A stretch of 57,970 nt of DNA from a virus (taxonomy: Duplodnaviria; Caudoviricetes): the IMG/VR virus record IMGVR_UViG_3300008217_000010, positions 1-57,970 of that record; one strand, given 5' to 3'. This document shows, one piece after another, positions 1 through 7,892 of the stretch (positions within the stretch are counted from its first letter, which is position 1; each line of letters begins with the position of its first letter). The position numbers and the translations under genes are program-made. The notes below the pieces were generated by a model. It ran no database searches. It worked only from the letters and a program-made list of their open reading frames with translations, and was not told the origin of the DNA.

Positions 1-126
1 ACGAAATCGGTTCAGCATAACGCATAGCCTACGCAATCCGTAGCTATCCCCTATCCATCCGTTCGATATCCGTTGTGTGATGACAGCAAAACGTTATGTC
101 AAACAGAACGGAAGTTCGCTATTCTA

Positions 127-143
127 GTGTTTGGTTAACAGCG
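127..143 (+). promoter_or_regulatory. Repeated intergenic motif GTGTTTGGTTAACAGCG (copy 1)
   Basis: Identical 17-mer at 568-584. Variants at 1070-1086, 3695-3711, 7859-7875, 12660-12676, 15314-15330, 57610-57626 and 57777-57793, all in + orientation. Confidence 0.7.
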
Positions 144-147
144 ATTT

Positions 148-342
148 TTGAAGGAGTTAATGGAAGATGTTTTAACGGATGAAGAACGTTCTAGGTACAT
201 TAAAGAATGGGCTACTCAAATCATAACTCTAGATGGAATGATTAAGAATGATGAACAGTTAGTAGACGCAATTCTTAGTATATCTGCTGACAGTTTGAAG
301 TTTGCAGTCGAACTACGGTTAGGTGAGAAGCCTGGATTTTAA
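148..342 (+). CDS. hypothetical protein
   Basis: ORF track. AAGGAG at 152-157 favours the ATG at 160 as start. Confidence 0.55.
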   Translation: MKELMEDVLTDEERSRYIKEWATQIITLDGMIKNDEQLVDAILSISADSLKFAVELRLGEKPGF

Positions 343-504
343 TAGTAAGAATACTAATAACAGTCAATGGGTAAGGCCCATTAAGGTATCACGAAGAACG
401 ATAGTAGTTATCATAACATTATGTCAATCTGATTATACTTACTATTGTCATTTTCCACTATTCTTTTAGAAGAACTTCGCATAGAAATTTTTCGAGAGGG
501 AAGA

Positions 505-538
505 ACTTGACATAACATTCTTCGACTTGACATAACAT
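505..538 (+). repeat. Direct repeat ACTTGACATAACAT x2 (20-bp period), with inverted partial copies at 91-102 and 416-427
   Basis: Read directly from the sequence. Confidence 0.8.
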
Positions 539-698
539 AAGAAACTTACGAATGATTAGATACTTTTGTGTTTGGTTAACAGCGGAATTTAAAGGTTAAG
601 CGCAAAAAAGAAAATAGCACTTGGTAATGAACAATGATTAAAGAAAGGTTGGTGTGCAATAACAGGAAAGCAAGAGAATGTGTGTTTCGCTTAGCCTG

Positions 699-757
699 AA
701 CAACAGTCTGTGAGTAAGCTCACACTGATGAGAGTTCTCCAACTCGAAACCGTTGTT
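699..757 (+). ncRNA. Type III hammerhead ribozyme
   Basis: AACAACA-GUC^, stem I UGUGAG/CUCACA, core CUGAUGA, stem II GAGUU/AACUC, GAAA, stem III CCGUUGUU (one A.C mismatch). Predicted cleavage after C708. Confidence 0.9.
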
Positions 758-771
758 GGAAAAGGAGTAAC

Positions 772-999
772 ATGGCATTTCCTATCCGTTGCTGGTCATG
801 TAAGAAAGTAATAGAGGATACTAATCAGGCTTTTTCGAATCATAATCGGAGTAATAACGAGTTAAGTCTATGTAGGGGTTCAGATGATGGAGAAATCTTT
901 ACCGGAACAATCTTTCAACTACAGTGTTCATGCGGAGAAAATACTGTAGTTGTACTTGCTGTTCTACCTGAATGGCAAAGAGGAGTTACGATAGCATAA
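772..999 (+). CDS. small zinc-ribbon protein
   Basis: CWSC...CSC, with AAGGAG RBS at 762-767. Confidence 0.7.
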   Translation: MAFPIRCWSCKKVIEDTNQAFSNHNRSNNELSLCRGSDDGEIFTGTIFQLQCSCGENTVVVLAVLPEWQRGVTIA

Positions 1000-1006
1000 T
1001 TGACTT

Positions 1007-1049
1007 CTTACTCGACTAGATTAGGAACTTCTTAGTCTGGTCGGGTAAG
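1007..1049 (+). other. 19-bp intergenic RNA hairpin (processing or terminator-like)
   Basis: CTTACTCGACTAGATTAGG / CTTAGTCTGGTCGGGTAAG with several G.U pairs. Confidence 0.6.
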
Positions 1050-1102
1050 TAGTGCATAATGCTACTTAAGTGTTTGGTTAACCGCAAAAAAGGAGGTGAG
1101 AA

Positions 1103-1303
1103 ATGATACCCGTATTTGATGTGAATGTTATCAATAGAGAGAGTTCACATTTCAAAGGAAAGCCTATCCTGATTTCAGCATGGTTAGAAGAAACAGAATA
1201 CTCGACTATATTCATTGAAGTCGAAGATGATGTTACTGGACATCGTGCGATTTGGGAAAGAAGTAAGGCTAATCCAGAATCTTGGCATCTATGTGCAGAT
1301 TAA
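1103..1303 (+). CDS. hypothetical protein
   Basis: ORF with strong AAGGAGGTGA RBS. Confidence 0.7.
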   Translation: MIPVFDVNVINRESSHFKGKPILISAWLEETEYSTIFIEVEDDVTGHRAIWERSKANPESWHLCAD

Positions 1304-1561
1304 AGAGGTGTAGTGATGAAAGTGGATGCATACTTTAATGGGACAAAAGTGAAGGTTGTTAGAACTGATACTTTAGTAGCATACATTAAGGTACATTGGA
1401 GAAAGGAACTGCTTAAGGTTAAGCGGCATCAATTAACATTCAAATAGAGGAGGAGTTATGGTTATTCGTGATGAAGCCAGATTTGAAAGAATCAGACGTA
1501 AGCATTTCCGTCGTATGAATCCACATCTTATAAGATGAATTGTCCTGACTAGGAGAAAAGA

Positions 1562-2212
1562 ATGGTTGAGAATCATCCAGAGATTCCTCAACTTGAACAA
1601 GATGAAGCTATTGAATCACAAGTAGTATTCGATAACGGATTCTGGTACGAGTTAACGGGGTCTCAATATAAATTAAAGAAATTCTTGACTAAACCTAACT
1701 TGCGTGGAATCACAGTTAGAGATTCTAGGGAGCGTGGTTACATCTTTGTTAAGAACTCAGATGAACAAGGATGGTTAGGAAAGGAGGTGGCAGACTGCAA
1801 TTTAAGGTACAAGAAACTGGATAATAGAGACCAACCAGTTGTCTTGTTAGCGGCATGTGGAGTAAAGGTAACGGTTCTCTTGACACATGAACGAGCATGT
1901 AATTCATGCAAGTCAGTTAAGGGACTAGCACCTAGAAGTCCACGTAATGCTAAGAATACACTTAGCAATAACAAGAATAGCTGTGAAGAAAAGACCGTGT
2001 TCTCGTTACCTGGCTTACCAGATATGAGTATGAATGGAGTACTGTCTTTAGCTAGACAGAGAGTAGATGAAACACTCGCTCTATCCGTTAAATATCAAGA
2101 TTTGGTAACGGCAATCGAAGGGATGCAGGCAATGGAGGAAGAGTTCAAGACTATAACTGAGTCCAGAGAACAACACATAGCCGCCATTGAGCATTTCATG
2201 AAGGAAAAGTAA
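1562..2212 (+). CDS. hypothetical protein, Cys/His cluster and C-terminal coiled coil
   Basis: 216-aa ORF, AGGAG RBS, HERACNSC motif. Confidence 0.75.
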   Translation: MVENHPEIPQLEQDEAIESQVVFDNGFWYELTGSQYKLKKFLTKPNLRGITVRDSRERGYIFVKNSDEQGWLGKEVADCNLRYKKLDNRDQPVVLLAACGVKVTVLLTHERACNSCKSVKGLAPRSPRNAKNTLSNNKNSCEEKTVFSLPGLPDMSMNGVLSLARQRVDETLALSVKYQDLVTAIEGMQAMEEEFKTITESREQHIAAIEHFMKEK

Positions 2213-2224
2213 TGATTAAAGGAC

Positions 2225-2265
2225 AGTTGAGAGTCCCCATTTGAAGTAGAGTGGGGACTTTAACT
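2225..2265 (+). other. 16-bp intergenic RNA hairpin
   Basis: AGTTGAGAGTCCCCATT / AGTGGGGACTTTAACT with one bulge. Confidence 0.6.
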
Positions 2266-2325
2266 CGTTTGTTAAGCGGTAGTCTATCAAGTACCGTTTA
2301 TAGATTAGTTAAAGGAGGTGAGATT

Positions 2326-2499
2326 ATGCCTAAAGCATGGGTGTCCATTAACCCATCCAATGAAGATGCTCCAATAACATTAAGCACAAGTGCTGGTTCG
2401 GAGCAGTTTACTGCGGATGAAGCAGGTAGGTTAAGGGACTTGCTAGACGAAGCGGTCAACTACCAACCCCAAGAAGAAATACCAATAGGAGATGTGTAG
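2326..2499 (+). CDS. hypothetical protein
   Basis: AAGGAGGTGA RBS before ATG 2326, a shorter start than in the ORF track. Confidence 0.7.
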   Translation: MPKAWVSINPSNEDAPITLSTSAGSEQFTADEAGRLRDLLDEAVNYQPQEEIPIGDV

Positions 2500-2811
2500 A
2501 TGTGGAATTGGTTAGGAGTGCTGTTAAAGCGCAAAGGATACTATACAGACAAAGAAAGATATTGTGAGGACTGTGGAGCAGACTTAATTGGGAATGACCC
2601 ACACACTCCAGATTGTCAAATCACAATAGAGGAGGTAGCAGATAACAGATATACTCCATCATGTTTCAAGTGTTCTGAAATGTGGTTTGAGTATTACAGA
2701 ACAGATAATACGCAAGGAGATAGAAATAAAGTCTATTCTCGTATCCGTCAACATCAAGCTGGCTCAGTCTGTACTCGTGATGTAACGGATGCTAGAATCA
2801 AGGTTGCGTAA
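2500..2811 (+). CDS. zinc-finger hypothetical protein
   Basis: CEDC...H..DC and CFKC...H...C. Abuts the upstream gene. Confidence 0.7.
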   Translation: MWNWLGVLLKRKGYYTDKERYCEDCGADLIGNDPHTPDCQITIEEVADNRYTPSCFKCSEMWFEYYRTDNTQGDRNKVYSRIRQHQAGSVCTRDVTDARIKVA

Positions 2812-3038
2812 TGTCTGAAGATGGATTACCAGCACCAAAGAAATTCAAATACGCACAATGGAATAAGAAAGATACCTTGACAACAGCAGAGGATATAGTT
2901 AAGGCGAGGAAGTCTATTGAAAGAACGTTAGGAATCCGTTGTCGAACAAGACAAGATGTAGAACGTATCCTAAGTCAGTACCTAGGAAGTGATTCCACTG
3001 GTACTATGAGGAAATATGTCAAACCAAGACCAAGGTAG
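2811..3038 (+). CDS. hypothetical protein
   Basis: TAATG translational coupling. Confidence 0.65.
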   Translation: MSEDGLPAPKKFKYAQWNKKDTLTTAEDIVKARKSIERTLGIRCRTRQDVERILSQYLGSDSTGTMRKYVKPRPR

Positions 3039-3420
3039 GCCAACGGTCTATTTAAAGGAGATATCATCTACGGATGATATGTTTAAAGGGCAAGGGTTAA
3101 CCGTTTATAGCGGTGAAGATTTTAGCTCTTTAAGGATAACTCAATTCATCCCTCAAGAGGATGATGTTGTTCTTTGTGGTGGATGTAATGTTAATCTCTA
3201 TCCAGAGAAAGGTACATTAGTATTTGATTCAATTGAAAAAGTTGCATTAAATACTCCATACGATATCTTCCATAAAGAGTGTATCGGAAACATAATTAAC
3301 GATTGTGAGGTGATAAGAATAGAAACAAGACTATGCGAAAGGAAGGATTGTGGTAAAGAACTTCCTTATGGTTGGTACGCTATCTATTGCTCAAACGAAT
3401 GTGCATTTCAAGACGCATAG
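3016..3420 (+). CDS. hypothetical protein with C-terminal zinc ribbon
   Basis: CGGC...HKEC and CERKDC...YCSNEC. Confidence 0.7.
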   Translation: MSNQDQGRPTVYLKEISSTDDMFKGQGLTVYSGEDFSSLRITQFIPQEDDVVLCGGCNVNLYPEKGTLVFDSIEKVALNTPYDIFHKECIGNIINDCEVIRIETRLCERKDCGKELPYGWYAIYCSNECAFQDA

Positions 3421-3429
3421 GAGGAAGAA

Positions 3430-3624
3430 ATGGCATATGAAATGAAGCCTGTCGTAATGACTCAAAATTTAAAGAAAGCTATGAGTGCAAATAAATCTGT
3501 AACTTCATCTGAAGCTGCGGTTGAGCGTGCTCACCGTAAGTTAAATGAAGCTATAGGTATTCTTACTCTAGATGAGTGTACTTGGTACGGTTATCTTACT
3601 ACCCAAAAGAGTAGACTCACTTGA
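3430..3624 (+). CDS. hypothetical protein
   Basis: GGAGG RBS. Confidence 0.65.
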   Translation: MAYEMKPVVMTQNLKKAMSANKSVTSSEAAVERAHRKLNEAIGILTLDECTWYGYLTTQKSRLT

Positions 3625-3649
3625 CATTAAAGGAGATTTAATGTAGAAT
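3621..3649 (+). promoter_or_regulatory. sigma70-type promoter
   Basis: TTGACA-17 bp-TAGAAT. Confidence 0.6.
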
Positions 3650-3735
3650 AGTGCGACTTGATTCTGAGAGTCGTGTCGCACTTCTCTATATTAACGCTAT
3701 GGTTAACTGCGGATTTATATGGAAAAGGAGGGCGC

Positions 3736-3968
3736 ATGGTATATGATAAAGTCAGAGTCCAGAAACTAATTGACTCATTAATAGGTGATAAATGGAAGGA
3801 AGAACGCAATGTTATTGCTCAAGTAAGAAACCAAGAATTGAATTACCTAGAGCTCTAGTCGTAATGATGGAAACTGTCCAACATCATTATATAGAAGAAC
3901 CATCTAAACTTAAACAATATAAAGATATATTTGAAGAAATATCTCAAATTAGAGAGGTAGCAGAATGA
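3736..3968 (+). pseudogene. frameshifted hypothetical gene
   Basis: RBS+ATG at 3736. Adding 1 nt in the A-run near 3829 gives an ORF ending in an ATGA overlap with the next gene (span 233 nt = 3n-1). Confidence 0.55.
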
Positions 3969-4345
3969 GTCAATGGACTCATATAGCAGGTATAATACGA
4001 GTAGACTCTATTGGGATGAATGTAGGTAGAGATACTGAACAAGTTCTCAATATGATGATACAAGGATTAGCAGATATACCAACTGGAAGTGAAGGACCAC
4101 TTCATTATAGAGTATTAAATCAGCTTCAAGGAAATGCTCTATCTTGGGGTAATATTATCTTTTGGGATGATTTAAGAGACTTTGGTAGTGAGGATGATTT
4201 ATAAAAAGTAAAATATTGGTGGGAATACTTGCATCAAGAATTCAGATGGACCGAGATTTGCTATGCTCGACAGAGTGTACTTGAAATTCAAATTGAAGGT
4301 CAAGATGAACTTATAGTTTTGCACAATCCATCTATAGAGGAATAA
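3965..4345 (+). pseudogene. phage hypothetical gene (MSxWTH...GSEG) with in-frame TAA
   Basis: After TAA at 4202-4204 the frame stays open (KVKYWWEY...ARQSVLEIQIEG) to a TAATG overlap at 4343-4347. Confidence 0.65.
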
Positions 4346-4481
4346 TGCTTAATTGGTTCGTGTTAGGACTTAGTATCTTATCTATGTTAATAGCGTTATA
4401 CTCTGTTTATAAATTACGGAGAGCATTGCAAACACTTAAACGTATGCAAAGAACATATCATTGGAGGTCATACGAAGAAGA

Positions 4482-4697
4482 ATGACAACAGCAACTCTAG
4501 TTACTGAAAGACAGACTACAGACTATATATCTGAAAGGAGGTGCGAAGGATGTCCGCGATGTCAAGACCCTAATGCTGGATTCTGTAAGTTAAGCCATCC
4601 TAAATGGAAGAACTTACATCCTATATGTCGAAGGTGTGGGCATTGTGTGTTAAGAGGAAGCCATGCTGATAATACAGATGACTTAAAGGAGACGTAA
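4482..4697 (+). CDS. Cys-rich zinc-finger protein
   Basis: CEGCPRC...CRRCGHC. Confidence 0.65.
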   Translation: MTTATLVTERQTTDYISERRCEGCPRCQDPNAGFCKLSHPKWKNLHPICRRCGHCVLRGSHADNTDDLKET

Positions 4698-4812
4698 AAT
4701 GGACTTTAAATCTTTTATACTTGGAATAGTTATTGGATTTATTCTTGGATTTATTGCCTTTAGTGTAGCTTGGATAGCTATTATTGAAACTTTTAAATTA
4801 TAAGGAGAAAGA

Positions 4813-5316
4813 ATGGGACAATACTTTAAACATCTACGTGCTACTCCTTGGATTCCAAGCTTTGAGTGGATTGAAACTTCTGATGAAGCAGCAGATGTCA
4901 TCAATAAACCACATGAAGATTATCCAAATAAAATTCCTTTAACCAAATTAGCAATAGAGACTATACCTCCTTCAATTACGATATCTAACTTACTCCTTAC
5001 ACATATGAGAATATTTGTAGGTGAGGACTTTGCTGGATTGCTTCGTAATAAAAATGTAAGGGTAGGCAATCATACTCCTCCAAAATGGCAAGATGTAGTT
5101 AATCATATGGTTGAACTTCAAATGATTCATCGCCCTACATTAGAGCAAATAGGAGACGTTAGCCTTCAGTTAATAGAGAATTTGAAGGATTGGTATGAAG
5201 ACTTTGAAACCATCCATCCATTTGAAGATGGAAACGGTAGAGTTGGAGGTGTAACAATAGCAATCTATTCTCATACTTGGTATCCAGAAAAAGGATATTT
5301 AGTACCATTACAATAA
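4813..5316 (+). CDS. Fic/Doc-family protein
   Basis: HPFEDGNGR motif and upstream AGLLRNKNVRVG...PP flap. Confidence 0.9.
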   Translation: MGQYFKHLRATPWIPSFEWIETSDEAADVINKPHEDYPNKIPLTKLAIETIPPSITISNLLLTHMRIFVGEDFAGLLRNKNVRVGNHTPPKWQDVVNHMVELQMIHRPTLEQIGDVSLQLIENLKDWYEDFETIHPFEDGNGRVGGVTIAIYSHTWYPEKGYLVPLQ

Positions 5317-5324
5317 GGAGTGAT

Positions 5325-5630
5325 ATGCCAGTACCAGAGATAAATCCAAGTGTTTACTTAACTAAAGGTTGGTGTCAAGGAGCATTTGAGAAGATAATAG
5401 ATGGAAAAAGGTTTTATTGTTTCTTAGGTGCTGTTAACCAATCTTATATAGGAATTAGAAACTTTGAAGAAGGAAAAACACAATTTGACTTTAAGAGGAC
5501 TGCCAATGAAATATTAATTGAAAGAGGATTTCAAGACCCGTTAGTAACAGTTTGGCAAGATGCCATAGAAAGAACACAAGAAGAAGTAGTAGAACTTGCT
5601 TTAGAAATCGAAGAGAGATTAGGATTATGA
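5325..5630 (+). CDS. phage hypothetical protein (DUF6197-like)
   Basis: GWCQG...CFLGA...WQD..RTQEEV pattern, AAGGAG RBS. Confidence 0.6.
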   Translation: MPVPEINPSVYLTKGWCQGAFEKIIDGKRFYCFLGAVNQSYIGIRNFEEGKTQFDFKRTANEILIERGFQDPLVTVWQDAIERTQEEVVELALEIEERLGL

Positions 5631-5776
5631 GTATTTGGGGACTAGAGGAGATTGAAGGGATGGACTTAGGTAAATACAAGATGGCTACTATCTATCATAC
5701 CAAAGATGATGTGGACTTGATTCTAACGAGGATGGAAAGGCTTTTATTACAATCAAGACCACACAGAAAGAAGTAG
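5627..5776 (+). CDS. hypothetical protein
   Basis: ATGA overlap with the upstream gene. Confidence 0.5.
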   Translation: MSIWGLEEIEGMDLGKYKMATIYHTKDDVDLILTRMERLLLQSRPHRKK

Positions 5777-5814
5777 AGAAGGTAGGTGAAACACTTAAAT
5801 ACTACTCAGATAGA

Positions 5815-6036
5815 ATGGCACTATCCAAGTTTGCTTGGATATCTACTAAAGAAAGAGGTCATAAAGATAGAAATACTAAAAGTCTAGGAGATACATGGAA
5901 TATAGCTCATAGAAATAAGCAAATTGCTACAGCAAAGTTATATGGTACTACACTTGTAGTAATATCCTTTCCAGAGGATGAAAGTTTAAGGCATTGCTAC
6001 TTAAATCATGCCTACTTGAATTTCCAGAGGGCATAG
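5815..6036 (+). CDS. hypothetical protein
   Basis: ORF track. Confidence 0.5.
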   Translation: MALSKFAWISTKERGHKDRNTKSLGDTWNIAHRNKQIATAKLYGTTLVVISFPEDESLRHCYLNHAYLNFQRA

Positions 6037-6062
6037 AGTTTTCAATTTACTAAGGATTACTA

Positions 6063-6269
6063 ATGACTCCTAAACAAAGAAAAACTTTGATGATAAGGTG
6101 CGGAGAGTGGTTCAGAAGAACATATTCAACTCAAGTTGAAGCAATGGATATCGCTGATGAAGTTAATTCTATCTTAGAAAAGGAATACAGAGGAACTTAT
6201 TGTAGTGTTCAATCCACTCCAATGGGATTTATTCTATTACTTAGTAATTCTGAATTTGGTAAGGTATAG
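6063..6269 (+). CDS. hypothetical protein
   Basis: ORF track. Confidence 0.55.
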   Translation: MTPKQRKTLMIRCGEWFRRTYSTQVEAMDIADEVNSILEKEYRGTYCSVQSTPMGFILLLSNSEFGKV

Positions 6270-6355
6270 AATGAAAAAGGATGTTGTGATGAAGGACAGA
6301 CTTCATGCGTCTGTTAATTCGCAAGGCAACTTGATATTAAATTCGAGTTGTAAAT

Positions 6356-7210
6356 ATGGAAGGTGAAGATAATTCTTATCAAGTAGTAGGCAACGCTGAC
6401 TTTATTCAGATAGTCAACTTGATGAAGGATGCAAAACCTTTTCCTCATGTGTTAATATGGGGACCAAGTGGAGCAGGTAAGACAACAATAGGTAAGTACA
6501 TATCGAACGTAGTAGGAAGTAATGTAACAAGTTATTATGGTCCTGACTTAGATAGAATGACTTTATCTATGATTCTTCAATCACAATGGGAGAATGATGT
6601 ACTTATTATTGATGAGATTCATGGATTAAGTAAGGGATTACTTGAATCTATTTACCAACCACTAGAAGAATTTCAATTTAAGGGAATGAGTCTAACTCCC
6701 TTTACTATGATTGGGATAACTACAGACTTAGATTCCCTTCCAGATGCTCTACAAAGAAGATTTAGACTTGTTTATAGAGTTCAACTCTACGATACACAAG
6801 AGTTAATGGATGTATGCTTCGGTCTTATCAAGAAAGAATGGTTCGATGATGGGATTGAAGCTGTGGCAGAAATGTCAAGAGGAAGTCCTGGTATAGTAAG
6901 GAATCATCTCCAACTTATCGAATCTATGTTTGAGATAGAAAAGGTAGATTTTGAGACAGTTCAACATTATCAAAGACTCAAGCATGTAAACGATATTGGA
7001 TTAGAAGAAATAGACTTAGAATATCTTCGTGTGTTAAGAGCATATGATGTTTTATCTTTATCTACTCTATCTTCAATATTAGTTGAACGAGAGAAGGCAA
7101 TCGAAGGAGGTATAGAACCATTCTTATTTCGATTAGGTCTTGTAGTTAAGACATCTAAAGGTAGACAGCTTACAATTAAAGGACAAAACTATCTAAGAGA
7201 TTTAGACTAA
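6356..7210 (+). CDS. ruvB: RuvB-like AAA+ branch-migration ATPase
   Basis: Walker A GPSGAGKTT, IIDEIH, PFTMIGITT, ALQRRF, SRGSP and C-terminal wHTH IEPFL...KTSKGR. Confidence 0.85.
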   Translation: MEGEDNSYQVVGNADFIQIVNLMKDAKPFPHVLIWGPSGAGKTTIGKYISNVVGSNVTSYYGPDLDRMTLSMILQSQWENDVLIIDEIHGLSKGLLESIYQPLEEFQFKGMSLTPFTMIGITTDLDSLPDALQRRFRLVYRVQLYDTQELMDVCFGLIKKEWFDDGIEAVAEMSRGSPGIVRNHLQLIESMFEIEKVDFETVQHYQRLKHVNDIGLEEIDLEYLRVLRAYDVLSLSTLSSILVEREKAIEGGIEPFLFRLGLVVKTSKGRQLTIKGQNYLRDLD

Positions 7211-7440
7211 TGGTTAAGCCTATTACAGAAGAAGACCAATTAGCACATGATACGGCTAAAGCTATACTTGAAGGTACTATTCCAGATTATACTATAAGAG
7301 GATTTGTGATGTATAGAATAAATCTCTCTGTAGCTATTTTCGATATAGAGGATGAAGAATGGTGGAAATATATAGGTCACGAAGCAACTATTCAAGATGC
7401 TCTTGATAGAATATATAGAGATCATTTAGATAGGAGGTAG
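7210..7440 (+). CDS. hypothetical protein
   Basis: TAATG coupling. Confidence 0.65.
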   Translation: MVKPITEEDQLAHDTAKAILEGTIPDYTIRGFVMYRINLSVAIFDIEDEEWWKYIGHEATIQDALDRIYRDHLDRR

Positions 7441-7441
7441 T

Positions 7442-7624
7442 GTGACTCCAAATGAAGTATCTCCAATGGTAGGTTCTGATTTTTACTTTCGTGCTAAGGT
7501 TCTTTCGGTTAAATATGTGAAGGAGCAAATCGTATTACGTCTTGAGGAATATAATACGAAGTGTAAATTCACTCTTAAATTCTCGCAACAGATGTTGCCT
7601 GGAGTAGATGATGGAGATTCCTAA
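7442..7624 (+). CDS. hypothetical protein
   Basis: GGAGG RBS. Confidence 0.6.
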   Translation: MTPNEVSPMVGSDFYFRAKVLSVKYVKEQIVLRLEEYNTKCKFTLKFSQQMLPGVDDGDS

Positions 7625-7838
7625 TTATATACTTAGAAATTTAGAACTTCCTTGTCCACCAGAGACAAATGGAGTTCACTACTGGATATTAGATGAAGCA
7701 TCAAAAGGAGGAACAAAGAATAACAGTAGTGGTGAGTGTTGCAAATGTCACATCACAAAGGAGGAGTTCTTCGAGAACAGTATCATAAAAGACTCCAAGG
7801 AAAACTTACAACTTAGATTTAACGAGAAAAGAGATTAA
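7608..7838 (+). CDS. small Cys/His protein
   Basis: C...H.W...CCKC pattern. Confidence 0.6.
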   Translation: MMEIPNYILRNLELPCPPETNGVHYWILDEASKGGTKNNSSGECCKCHITKEEFFENSIIKDSKENLQLRFNEKRD

Positions 7839-7892
7839 TTTTTTGAAGTTGGGTTTTTGTGTTTAGTTAATAGCGAAAAAAGGAGTAACAAA

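Noticed and set aside
1-60. Direct terminal repeat with the right end
   Set aside because: No sequence overlap is visible between the first and last bases, so circularity remains an inference.
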